Source: Lama guanicoe (lineage: Eukaryota). Taken from it: DNA of 64,000 nucleotides. Under the pieces are notes generated by a model that was given only the letters and a program-made list of their open reading frames with translations, did no database searches and had not been told where the DNA came from. This document shows, in pieces, positions 25,282 to 37,774 of the stretch (positions are counted from its first letter, which is position 1; each line of letters starts with the position of its first letter). The stretch is from positions 25,050,433-25,114,432 of the forward strand of contig MU054187.1 of NCBI GenBank assembly GCA_013239625.1, written 5' to 3'. The position numbers and the translations under genes are program-made.

Positions 25282-28200
25282 GAGAGGAATCAAACAGCAA
25301 AGAAGAGGACATGGAGGTCATCTACCCCGACAAGCAAATTAAAATTACATCTACAATGGAATAATTCTCACAGAATGCTAACTGGAAACTGACAGAAAGA
25401 CTCCTATATAACCAAGGCTTCAAGGAAGATTCCCACTGGGTAGGACAGGTAGAAAGGATCATAGCGAATATAGGGACGTGTGCCCCTGGGAGGGGACTCA
25501 GGAAAAGAAAGACTGCATGGGTGACCTCTTGCCTTGGGGAGTGAGTGAGCTGAGCCACACATGAAATGTCCGATCCTGGGGTCCTGTGCAGAGGAGACAA
25601 GACCGCTTGGCTGCCTGGAGAACGCCTGGGACAGATAGAAAAGCTGGAGAATCCTGGACTCCACTCACAAGGGGTGCATGTGTGCTGGCTTACCAACAGA
25701 CAGTGTGGAGAAAAGTCTGCTTGAGGGGCTTCTGCCTCACTGCGCTCCCCAGTCCAAGTTGGGTGAACACCCCTCACTGCCAACTCCATTCCACAGATTG
25801 GTACAGGATCTAGAGCAGCTGTGTGCTGGGAAATGACTCTAATGATACAGAGGCTGCCTGAGATGGACTCCAGGTGGGGTGGCAGTGACTATTGTTGGTG
25901 CATATTCAAACAGCACCATGGAAGCAGCAGGGACCTCCGACAGCAGTGCAGACACTTCAGTACTTGCAATCACAATACTCTGACCTCCAGTCCTAGCATA
26001 GTAAATACTCCAGCCATTTCCACTCCAAAAGGCAGCCTTCCATGAGATCTGGGACAACCACAAAAATGCAAACCACAATAGCAGAGCTGCAGATGCATAC
26101 AGGACAGTGCATCAGATCTCTATTAACACATAAGCCTCACTTATTTCATCACTGTCTTCCTTTGGGGCAAAAGCCCCAGTGTAGGAAAAAGGAAAACATA
26201 CACACAAACACACACACACACACAAAGGGAACAGAGTCTGTTTAAGCCTGAATTGCAGGGTTTCCATTCCAGCAACTTAGGAGCAGGCCCTGCCCCTCAC
26301 AGGGCTTCACCAGCTACCAAACAGAGGGGGGGGGCCACCTCACATCCTGTGTATGCTTTAGCGCCTCCAACACCAGCCACACCCTCTATCAAGGTGATAG
26401 TGGCCAGCATATCTTGAGGAAATAAGTGGCTGGCATCAACATCAAATCCAGCCCTCCCACAAAAGACACTGGGCACACACAGTCTATATAGGGAGCTCCC
26501 ACATGAAAAACATTCCTTCAAAACCTCAACAGATAATTGTTCTACCTAAATTCATAAAGATAAAGTTAATTAAAGTAAAAAAGGCAGAGTAATTACTCCC
26601 AATTAAAAGAGTAAGAGGAAATCCCTGAAAAAAATAAATAATGTAACAGAGACAGTAAATCTTTCAGACACTGGATTCAAACAGTTGGTAATAAGAAAGC
26701 TAACTGAATTAAGAAAGAATACCAATGTAAACATGATCATTTTAACAAGGATCTAGAAACTGTAACTCAATTTCTGAGATGAGAGGACTCTAGAAGCAAT
26801 AAATAACCAACTATCTGATGCAGAAAAATGTACAAGTGATCTGGAAGATAGAAAAATGGAAATCACAAAATCAGAACTTCAGAGAGAAAGACAGTTGGGA
26901 AAAAAGGTGACATATGAGATATATGGGATAATCTAAAATGTGGCAACACATGATATAATAGGAACTCCAGAAGGAGGAGAGAGAGAAGGGAATCAAAAAG
27001 GTATTTGAAGAAATTATGGCTGGAAAACTTCCCAAACCTAAAAAAGGAAACAGATACCCAGTTACAGGAAGCATGGAGGGTCTCAACTACAATAAATCCA
27101 AACAGACCCACATCAAGACATATCACAATTAAAATGACAAAAGTTAAAGATAAAAGACTTCTAAAGATATCAAGAGAAAAACAGTCATAAACAAGGGAAT
27201 ACCCATAAGGCTATCTTTGCAGAAACATTGCAGCCCAGAAGAGAGTGGCATGATATTTTCAAAGTCCTGAAAGGGAAAAAACTTGCAACATGGGGTATTT
27301 TATAAGTAAGAGTATCATTTAAAATAGAAAGAGAGGTAAAGAACTTCTCAGACAAGCAAAAATCAAAAGAACACAGCAACAGTAAACCTATCCTAAAAGA
27401 AATGTTCCAGGGTCTTCTCTAAAAGGAAAAGAAGCAAGAATTTCTAGGAAAGGTACAATTCTAATAGAAAAGGAAAATACAGCAAGAATTAAAGATCACT
27501 TATATGTCAGTAAATGTATTAAAAGAATAAAAATTCGTAAAAACAACTATACCTCTAATTAGCAGTAAAGGTACAAGCATGAAGATTTGGAAAATGACAT
27601 TAAAAATACAAATTGTTGGAGAAGGGAATTAAAATATAGATATTTTAAAATGTGTTTGAACTTAAATGATTATCAGTTTAAAGCAAGTAGATATAATCAT
27701 GGGTCAATGTATATGAACTCCATAGTAACCACAAATCAAAACCTAAATAGATGCACCAAAATCAAAAGGAAAGGAACTCAAGCATACTACAAAAGAAAAT
27801 CACTAAAACACAATGAGAGAAGCAAAAAGAAAAAACTAACAAAGAACTACAAAAAAAATACAGAAAATAAAATTGCAGTAAGTACATACCTATCAATACT
27901 TTAAACATCAATAGATTAAATGCTCCAATCAAAAGGCATAGTCTGGCTTATTGGATGAAAAAATAAGATGCATCAATGTGCTGAATACAAGAGACTAACA
28001 TCAGGTTGAAAGACACAGATAGACTGAAAGAGTGAGGATGAAAAAAGATATTTCATGCAAACAGAAATGACAAGAAAGTGGAGGTAGCAATATTCATATA
28101 AGACAAAATAGATTTTAAAATAAAGCCTATAACAAAAGACAAAGAAGGGTATTATGTAATGATAATGGGATCAATACAATAGAGTATGTTACACTAGCTA

Positions 28201-31200
28201 ACATATATACACACAATACAGGAGCACCTAAATATATAAAGTAAATGTGAACAGATATAAAGAGAGAAATAGACAATAATACAATAATAGTAGAAGACTT
28301 TAACACCCCAGTGACATCAATGGATAGATCATCCAGGCAGAAAATCAGTAAGCTAACAGAGGCCCTAAATAATATAATAGAACAGCTGGACTTAATTGAT
28401 ATCTAAAGGACAGTACACCAACAAAAGCAGAACACACATTGTTTTTAAGTGTCCATGGAACATTCTCAAAGATTGATCACACACTAGGTCATTAAAAACA
28501 AGCCTCAAACTATTTAAGAGGGTAGAAATTATATTAAGCATCTTTTAGAACTACAATGATTTGAAACTAGAAATTAAGTGCAAAAAAAAAAATGGGAAAA
28601 GTAAAAACACATGGAGACTAAGCAACATGCTACTAAGAAACCAATAGGCCAAGGATGAAAATAACAAGGAGATCAAAAAATACCTTGAGACAAATGAAAA
28701 TGAAAACACAACCATATAAAATCTGGAATTCAGCAAAAGCAATTCTAGGAGGGAGGATCACAGCAATATAGGTATTCCTTGAGAAACAAGTAAAACCTCA
28801 AATAAACAACCTAAACTACCACCTACAAAAATTAGAATTAAAAAAGAACAAACAAAACACAAAGTCAGCAGAAGAAAGGAAATAATGACAATCAGAGGGG
28901 AAATAAGTTAGAGATAAAAATAACAATGGAAAAAAATCAATGAAATGAAAATCTAGCTCTTTGAAAAAATAAGTAAAATTGATAAAGCTTTAGCCAGGCT
29001 GACCAAGAAGAAAACGGTGTGAGCCCTCCAAAAAAAAAAAAAATGTGAAAGAGAAGAAATAACAACTGATACCACAGAACTACAAAAAGATCGTAAGAGA
29101 ATACTATAAACAGTTATATGCCAATGAATTGGACAGATTTCTAGAAACATACAGCATGCCAAGACTGAGTCAAGAAGAAACAGACTATTTGAACAGATCA
29201 ATCACTAGAAGTAAAATAGAATCTGTTAAACAAACAAACAAACAAACAAAAAAACAAACAAACAAAACACCTGCCTGCAAACATAAGTCCAGGACTGGAC
29301 ACCTTCACTGGGAAATTCTATCAAAAATATAAAGAAGACTTTATAACTATCCTTTTCAAACTATCCCAAAAAGTTGAAGAGGATGGAAGACTCCCAAATT
29401 CATTCTATGAAGTCACCATTATCATGATACCAAAACTAGACAAAGGGACTACAAAAAAAAAAAAATTACAGGCCAGTGTCTTTGGTGAATATGAAGTAAA
29501 ATTTCTCAATAAAATACTAGCAACCTAAATCCAACAATAGATAAAAAGGATCATACACCATGATCAAGTTGGATTTATTCTAGGATCACAAGGATAGTTC
29601 AACATACAGAAATCAATCAATGTGATACATCATATTAACAAAAGGAAAGACAAAAACAGATGATCATCTCCATAGCTGCAGAAAAAACACATGACAAAAT
29701 TCAAAATCAATGTGTTATAAAAATAATCTTATCAAAGTGAGTATAGAGGGAATGGATCTCAACATAATAAAGGTCATTTATGGAAAACCCACAGCCAACA
29801 TCATGTTCAATTGTGAAAAGCTGACAGGTTTTCTGCTGAATTCAGGAGAAAGACAAAGAAGCCTGCTCTCACCACTTCTATTTAACTCAGTATTGAAAGT
29901 CACAGCCACAGCAAGAAAAACAAGTAAAAGGCATCCCAGTTGTAAGGGAAGAGAGAAAACCATCATTATTTGCAGATGACATGATACTCTATGTACAGAA
30001 CACTGAAGTCTCCACCTGAAAACTATTAAAACTAATAAATGAATTCAGAAAGGTCGCAGGACACAAAGTTAACAGACACAAATTTGTTGCATTTCTATAC
30101 ACAAAGAATAAAATTTCAGAAAGAGAAAGTTAAAAAAATCCTATTTAAAATCATATTAAAAATACCTAGGAATAAACATAACCAAGGAGGGGAAAGAAAA
30201 TGATAAAACATTGATGAAGGAAATTGAATATGATTCAGAGAAATGGAAAGATATCCTTTGATCTTTGATTGAAGGAATCACAGTATTAAAATAGCCACAC
30301 TGCCAAAAGCAATCTACAGATTTAATGAAGTTGCTATCAAAATACATAGGACATTTTTTATAGAACGAGAGAAAAATAATCCTGAAATTTGTACGGAAGC
30401 ACAAAAGACCCCAAACTGCCAAAGCAATTCCTAGGAAAAAAGAACAACCCTGGAAGAATAACTATCCAAAACTTCAGACTACACTGCAAAACTACAGTAA
30501 TTAAAACAGCATAGTATTGGCACAAACACAGATGCACAGATCAATGGAACAGAATAGACAGCCCAGAAATAAACCCAAGCACTTACAATTAATCTATGGA
30601 GAAGGAGTCAAGAATATGCTATGGAAAAAAGATGATCTTTTCAATAGATGGTGTTGGAAAAACTGAACAGCCACAAGTAAAACAATGAATTTCGAACATT
30701 TCCCCACACCATATACAAAAATAAACTCAAAATGGTTTAAAGACCTAAATGTAAGACAAACCATAAAATTCCTAGAAGAGAACTTAGGAAAACACTCTTG
30801 GACATAAATTTTCTTAGATCAGTCTCTTAAGGTAAAAGAAAGAAAATCAAAACCAAACAAATGGGACCTAATTAAACTTAAATTTTTTTTTTGCACAGCA
30901 AAGGAAACCATCAACAAAATGAAAAAAAAAAAACACCCTGCAGAATGGGAGAAAATATTTGCAAATGATGCAACTGACAAGTGGTTAATATCCAAAATAT
31001 ACAGTGTATGCAATTCAATATTTTTAAAAATCCAATTAAAAATGGGCAGAAGACTTAAATAGACATTTTTTTACAAAGGCCTACAGATGGCTAACAAGCA
31101 TGTGGAAAGGTGCTCAACAATGGTAATTATTAGTGAAATGTAAATCAAAATCACAGTAAAGTATCACCTCACACCTGCCAGAATGGCTATCCTCAAAAAG

Positions 31201-31792
31201 TCTACAAAAAACAAATGTTGCAGAGGATGTGGGGAAAAGAGAACCCTTGTACACTATCAGTGGTAATATAAATCGGTGCAGCCACTGTGGAAAACAGTAA
31301 GGAAATTCCTCAAAAAAAAAAAAAAAAGAACTACCATATGATTCAGCAATTCTACTCTTGGGTATATATCCAGAAAAAAAGAAAAAACATTATTTTGAAA
31401 AGACACATGCACCCCAGTGTTCATATCAGCACTATTTACAATAGCCAAGACATGGAAGCAAACCAAATACCCATTAACAGACAACTGGATTAGGAAGTGG
31501 TGAGATATATACGTATATACAACAGAATGTTACTTTGCCATTAAAAAATGAAATTCTTCAATTTACAGCAACATGGGTGGACCTAAAGAATATTATGCTT
31601 AGTCAAGTAAGTTAGACAGATAAGGAAAACAAATACTAAATGATACCACTTATATATGGAATCTAAAAAATAAAACAAATAACTGTATATTCAGAAGACA
31701 GACTCACAGATGTAGATAATAAACTTGTGAATCTCAAAGAGGAGAGGTAGGGAGGAGGGACAAATTAGGGGTATGGGGTTAAAAGATACACA
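25282..31792 (+). mobile_element. Near-full-length inactive L1 (5'UTR, ORF1 about 26580-27420, ORF2 about 27870-31510) lacking its terminal tail
   Basis: ORF1 'ENFPNLKKETDTQLQEA...RPTSRHITIK'; EN 'gaagactttaacacccca'; RT 'tttgcagatgacatgatactc'; the 3'UTR stops at 'aaaagatacacat' with no poly(A) or TSD. Confidence 0.93.
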
Positions 31793-33867
31793 TTTAAAGT
31801 TGAAATGCAATGTGAGGCAACATGTGAATAAATGTGCTAGATATTGAATGTTGGTTTAAGAGTACATGAGATGAAGACTGAATTATCTGTGACTTGTATA
31901 CTCCATGGATGCTTTCGGGTCTGGTAATACGTAGCTAAGTAGAGAAGAGAAAGGAGGGAATTTCAGGTGGGGTAAACAGATTGGGCATATGTGAAGTAAA
32001 CTTTATGAATACTGAATATACCAATTTAACCAAGGCATTCACAGAAAATAGTACTATGGATAAAAATTTTCATCTCGGGGATGGAGAAGAAACTTATCAA
32101 GCACTTCATAAACTGTTTGAGAGACATTTTTAAACATACGGTTCTGCTCACACTCAACAGAAAACAAGTCCTAGTTTATCTGCAGGAGTTTATAAAATAT
32201 TTGGTCCTAAAAAATTTTGGCCCTAAATAATAATTAGTCTTAAAAAGAAAAAACCCAGAGATTTTTTTACCCCCTGTTCACTTGGTGTTAGGTATCCAAG
32301 GATCATAAACCTCTTCACAAGTGTTATGATGTTTCAGTTTGCTTCCAAATGCTTCTGTTTTTAAATGCTTTACTGTTTTCCTTCTGGAAAGCAGTTGTCA
32401 AACATGATTACAAAATGTTCTTTGAAACAGACTAGCAGCCCATTTAAAGAGGCTCTTTCAGTGGACCTATTCATGGCTGCCTCCCACATTTGGAAGCTTC
32501 CTACCAATAGGACAGGAAGTAGGAAGCATGTTTGTTCAGTCTGGGAACTTGCATTCATTGTTTGTCCTGGCTGCACAAGAGGGTGAGTGGGTATTTATAT
32601 CGCTGTTCTGATTGCAGGGCACTTTTGATTCCTCATTAATGGTGTTTGGAGAGTTGTGAAAAGAAATGTAACAGCACACAGTTATTTTCATAGACTTCCT
32701 TCAAAGTAGTATAATTACTACAAATATTGCCTTAGTCTCCTACTGAGACAATCAGAACATAATTTCGGATAGAATAGAATGCAAGTAAAAGAAAAAGAAA
32801 GGCTTAAACCAGCTAGTATTTCAATTCTATGATAGAATTTTAAAATATATATTTAGTAGGAACCCATTTACTTTCAAGTGATAATTTCCATTTGGTATGA
32901 AATTTAGGAATGTATTGGAAATAAGATTGTTTTCCCTTCCACTTTATACTTTTCTATTGGTTTCTACTGATATCTTTGTATAGGTATCTTTTTTTCTATT
33001 TTCTTTTTTGCACATAATTGGATAATATACAGAAACAATTTAAAATCCCTAGGCTTCCTTCCTGGTAAAAAGACTCCTAGAGGACCAGCTCTTTCTCCCA
33101 CAATTTCTGCATCTCTTCACAAATACATTTCTCAGAGCCAGGAATCCTTAAAACATGTATGTTATGACCAAGACATCAAATGTTGCCTTGCAATGGAAAC
33201 TTATAATATTAATTAAATAAATAACTATGTTAAAATAGTATGCTCAAGTGTTTGGGGTTTTTTTATGTAGATTTTTTGGAAAGTACTTTCTGACTAGGCA
33301 AACATTTTTGTTGTTGTTGGGTTTGAAGCATGAAAGTTTTCCTTGAACTCTTTCATACTGAGGTTTTCCTTTCTTCCGCCTTTACCTAGAAAGGGCAAGA
33401 GGCAAACTAAATGTGCAAAGAAAGCCATGGGGAAACTGTAACTCATTAATGACAACTGGAGCAAGCTGAGAAACATAGCTGGTCCCAAACTTACTGTTTC
33501 TCTTAGAAAAATGTGAGCCAGTATTGTCATTCAGTTTTGTAAAAGTAGCTAGAATCCTGGAATGTGATATAAAATTTTCCAATCATAAAAAATGTTTTAT
33601 GCTACAAAGCGTGGCTGTGAGGGGATGTAGGCTTCAGGGCCACTATTAATGTCCCTTGTAAACTTTGTATAGTAATAAATTTGGCAAATGTTTGGCTTCC
33701 TGGAGACTAAAAACCAGTCAAATATGTCCAAGATCCATGTTGAAAATAACTATGTTATTTAATAAAAAGTGTTAGTTATAAATGATTCTTATGATTTCAC
33801 ATTATTTATTAGTACAAATATAAAGTGTAGTTGTTCAGGTAAGTCTAAGCTCTAGAGTCAAACTATT

Positions 33868-33990
33868 GAGGCCCAAATCTTAACTCTGCCAGTGATTAGT
33901 GAACCTCCCAGTGCCTTAGTTTCCTCAACTGTAAAATCTGGGTAATGACAGTCACCGGAGCAGAGGGTTATTCTGAGGACTGAGATTGCT
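33868..33990 (+). mobile_element. MIR fragment
   Basis: 'gtgccttagtttcctcaactgtaaaat...gggttattctgaggact'. Confidence 0.75.
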
Positions 33991-34478
33991 TTTGGCCTTG
34001 GATCTCCAATAATGTTCTTACCTTTCTGGGCATTTTCATGTCTGCTGCTAGGGAACAAATAATGATCTCATTGATTCCCTGTGTACCCACCAGTGTGAGG
34101 TGCTCTTTTAAAAGCAGAAATGAGAAGTAAGAGCTCTCTGGATATGGATTATAAGGTAACAGTTCTTTATAGGGTTTGAGAAAGACAATTTTGTCAAAAG
34201 TTCTTAGCCATTAGAATTTTTGTGACCCCAGTGCTAGAATACCTTAAAATATAAGCCCTGTATCTCTCTCTCTCTCTCTCTTCCTAGGTGGTGGCTTATA
34301 GCTTATAGGCATGTTTTTCTTAAAATATGTCATGAACAGGGGATTGAGATGGGTGTATCTGAGCTGGAGTACCAGCGAGTGATGGTTGGGAAAGATGAGG
34401 TTTGGACTGTAGTAAAGATTGAGATCTGGGGGCCTCTATTCCACTAGCATTGGGAGGGGTGTAAGTATGGGTTTTGGC

Positions 34479-34843
34479 TACAGAGATTAGCAGAGATGTT
34501 TCTGAGGAACATGCTGTGATCAGGATTGTTGAAGAAATGGGTGATGCAGAGGGGTGTTTGGTGTAAGAGGAAAAAGGGAGAGGAGAAAGGCCCTATATGG
34601 GCCATGGAGGTGAGGCACAAGAGGGCTTTGGTTGGTGTGAGTGTGTGTGTGTGTGTTTGATGTGTCTCTACAGCGATCTGCTAGATTTTGTAGGTGTGTT
34701 AACTTTGATGAAGTAGACATCTGACCATTGTTCTGCTGAACAGCTGGAGACTGACAGGGTAAGCTGGGAGAAGTCCAAGACAGTTACAGAGATTAGCAGA
34801 GATGTTTTCAAGGAACATGCCATGATCAGGATTGATTTAGAAA
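34479..34843. repeat. 59-bp imperfect direct repeat, two copies 306 bp apart (34479-34537 and 34785-34843)
   Basis: tacagagattagcagagatgttt...aggaacatgc..tgatcaggattg; 51 of 59 positions identical by manual alignment. Confidence 0.9.
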
Positions 34844-34869
34844 AGCCCGAAGTTTTGGAGCTGGGTGAA

Positions 34870-36572
34870 GATGGCTATATTTATTATCATATAGTTGCTC
34901 ATAATACTCTCTTACGGTTTTTTGTATTTCTGTGTTGTTGCTTGTAGTATCTCCATTTTTAGTTCTTATTCTGTTTATTTGTGTGCTCTCTCTTTTCTTC
35001 TTGGTGCGCATGGCCAGAAGTTTGTCAATTTTATTTACTCTTTCAAAAAATGAGCTCTCGGTTTGATTTAATTTCTTCCTTTTTCATCTCAAGTTTATTT
35101 ATTTTCTCCCTGATCTGTATTTATTTCTTTCCTTCTGGTGACTTTAGGTTTTGATTCTTTAAGGTGGTAGGTTAGAATGCTTATTTGAGATTGTTTTTCT
35201 TTTTTGAGGAAGGCTTATATCACTATGAACTTCCTTCTTAGGACTTTTGCTGCTGCATCCCATAGATTTTGTGTGCTTGTATTTTCACTGTCGTTTGTCC
35301 CAAGGTATTTTTCAAATTTCATCTTTGATTTTATCATTGGCTCATTGATTTTCTAGTAGCATATTGTTTAGTCTCTATGCTGCCATTTGTTTCTCATTTG
35401 TTTTTCTGTGGTTGATTTCAAGTTTCATGTCATTGTGGTCAAAGAAAATGCTTGAAATAATTTCTATCCTCTTAAATTTGTTGAGACTTCTTTTGTGCCT
35501 GAGTATGTGGTCTATCCTAGAGAATGGTCCATGAGCACTTGAAAAGAATGTATAATTTTGGGGGGGATATATTTTTCTAAAAATATCAACCAAGTCTAAG
35601 TATTCTCTTGTCTCATTTAGTATCTCTGTTGTCTTATTGATTTTTCTGCCTGGAAGACCTGTCCAATGATGTTAGTGGGGTGTTAAAGTCTCCTACTATT
35701 ACTGTGTGCCCATCAATTTCTCCATTTGGGTCTGTTAATATTTGTTTTATGTATTTAGGTGCTTCTATATTGGGTGCATATATGTTAATGAGTGTAATAT
35801 CTTTATCTTGTATTGCTTGTTTGATCATTATATAGTGTCCTTCTTTATCTCTCTTTATGGCCTTTGTTTTAAAGTGTATTTTGTCTGATACAAGTATTGC
35901 TATGCTTGCTTTCTTGTCATTTCATTTGCATGAAATATCGTTTTTCCATAATCTCACTTTCAATCTATGTGTGTCCTTCACTCTGAAGTGGGTCTTGTGT
36001 AGGCAGAATATTGCAGGCTTTTGATTTATTATCCAATCTGCCATTCTATGTCTTTTGATTGGAGCATTCTGTGCATTTACATTTATAGTAATTATTGATA
36101 GGTGTGTATTTATATCCATTTTGAACTTTGTTTTACAGTTGATTTGGTATTTCTTCTTTGTTCCTTTCTTTCCCTTTTTGTTTTCATTTTGTGGTTTGAT
36201 AATTTTCTTTTGTATCAGCTTGGCTTCTTTTTGGTTTTTGTGAATCTGTTTTATGCTTTTGATTTGTGGTTACCCTGTTTTTCAAGTGTTTACCCCTTAC
36301 TATGTCTGTTTGCTTTATACTGGTAGTCATGTAGGCTGAAACACATCTTAAAGAGAATGAAGAAAAAAATAAAAGGAGAGAGAGAGAAAAGTTCTGTATT
36401 TTCTTGCTGCCCTCTCCCACCTTTTATGATTTTGATATTCTTTATTTTTAATTAATTATTTATGTATTTACATCTTCATTTTTATTCTCTTGCAAATCAT
36501 TGTAGTTATTGCATTTCCAGTTATGGTTTCCTCATTTCTATATCTTCCTTCTTCTTTTCTATGTAGAGTAGA
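34870..36572 (-). mobile_element. L1 segment: ORF1 end, inter-ORF spacer and ORF2 endonuclease/linker
   Basis: ORFs 'THLSIITINVNAQNAPIKRHR', 'NIYAPN...IVGDFNTPL', 'YTFFSSAHGPFSRIDHIL'. Confidence 0.93.
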
Positions 36573-36574
36573 AT

Positions 36575-37770
36575 CTAAGGCAGAACTAAGGGAAACTGAC
36601 ATGGAAAGATCCTACAATCTTCAGCCCTAGATGCAAGCAGGCAGGGGCAAGCCAGGACTGGCTGCTAGAGATCAGTGATGAGCCCAGGCAGAGGGGTGGG
36701 GCCCACTGCATGGAGGCAGCCTTAGGGGACTAGAGGGAGGTGTGTGCTTTGACTGGGAGTGTGTGTGGAACAGAACAGGCTGTGACCCCCATAAAAAGCA
36801 CTACTGTTAGTGTGTGGGGTGTAGGGGTGCAACACAGCCACCTCATAGCTGCTTTCTCTGCTTGGCTCCATTGTTGGTGTGTTCTTTTGAGGACAGAGGT
36901 GGGGCTTGCTCATAGCCATCACTGCTGCATGGAGGCAGGGCTGAAAGCTGAAACCATACCCTGTGGCCTTACAACTTCATGGGTGGAACTGAGATTTGTG
37001 TACATCCCCAGGCACAGAGTGGATTGGTCTTTCTGGACACTTTGTGGATGCATGCCTCTGGGATGAACAGGCAGTGAGCAGAGTTCTGATGCATGATGGG
37101 GGCAAGTAATGATATTTACAACTGGCCAGTGTACCTTACAGTATGTGGGGTGCTGTAAGGCACCCCCCCAAGAGGTGGTGCTGGAGTATGTGCTGACTCT
37201 TTGGCACACCACACAGGTGTGTGATTGCATGCTTGCTACAGTAGGTCCTACTGCCTGACATTGGCAGATCTGCACTGGTGGCTCCTGGAGCTCAGAACCT
37301 GGGGGGACACCAGAGCAGGTGGCCCACATTCCAGCAGCTATGAAACTGGACAAAGGCAGTGTCAACAAAGATTACTGTGTTAGCCTGTATAACAAGTGAC
37401 AGATGACAGACAACTCTGTAGAGGGCACTTTACAGTGGACATATCCTGCCTACTCTTCTTCTCAGCTAAAGTGCTCCAGCCCTGCCTACTACACACCACA
37501 GTTCAGAAATGTGTCTAGGTGTCTCTACTCCAGCAACAGGAGAGCAGATCAGACCCATGTGACAACCAAAGAACAAAACAGGAGGCCTGGCTAAACAACA
37601 ACAATTAGGACAGGCTCTGAACACCACTACACCAACCACACCCCCAATCAAGGGGATAACAGCCAACACTCACAGAAGAAAGGTGTGACAACCATCCATA
37701 CTAAGAACAGCCATCACAACAAACTATTAGATGCACACAGTCTACACAGGAATACTCCAACTTTAAATAC
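36575..37770 (+). mobile_element. L1 5'UTR segment, inverted relative to the adjacent ORF2 segment
   Basis: Start resembles the reverse complement of 12840-12960; end 'cacacagtctacacaggaatactcc' matches the pre-ORF1 sequence at about 26475-26500. Confidence 0.75.
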
Positions 37771-37774
37771 AAAT

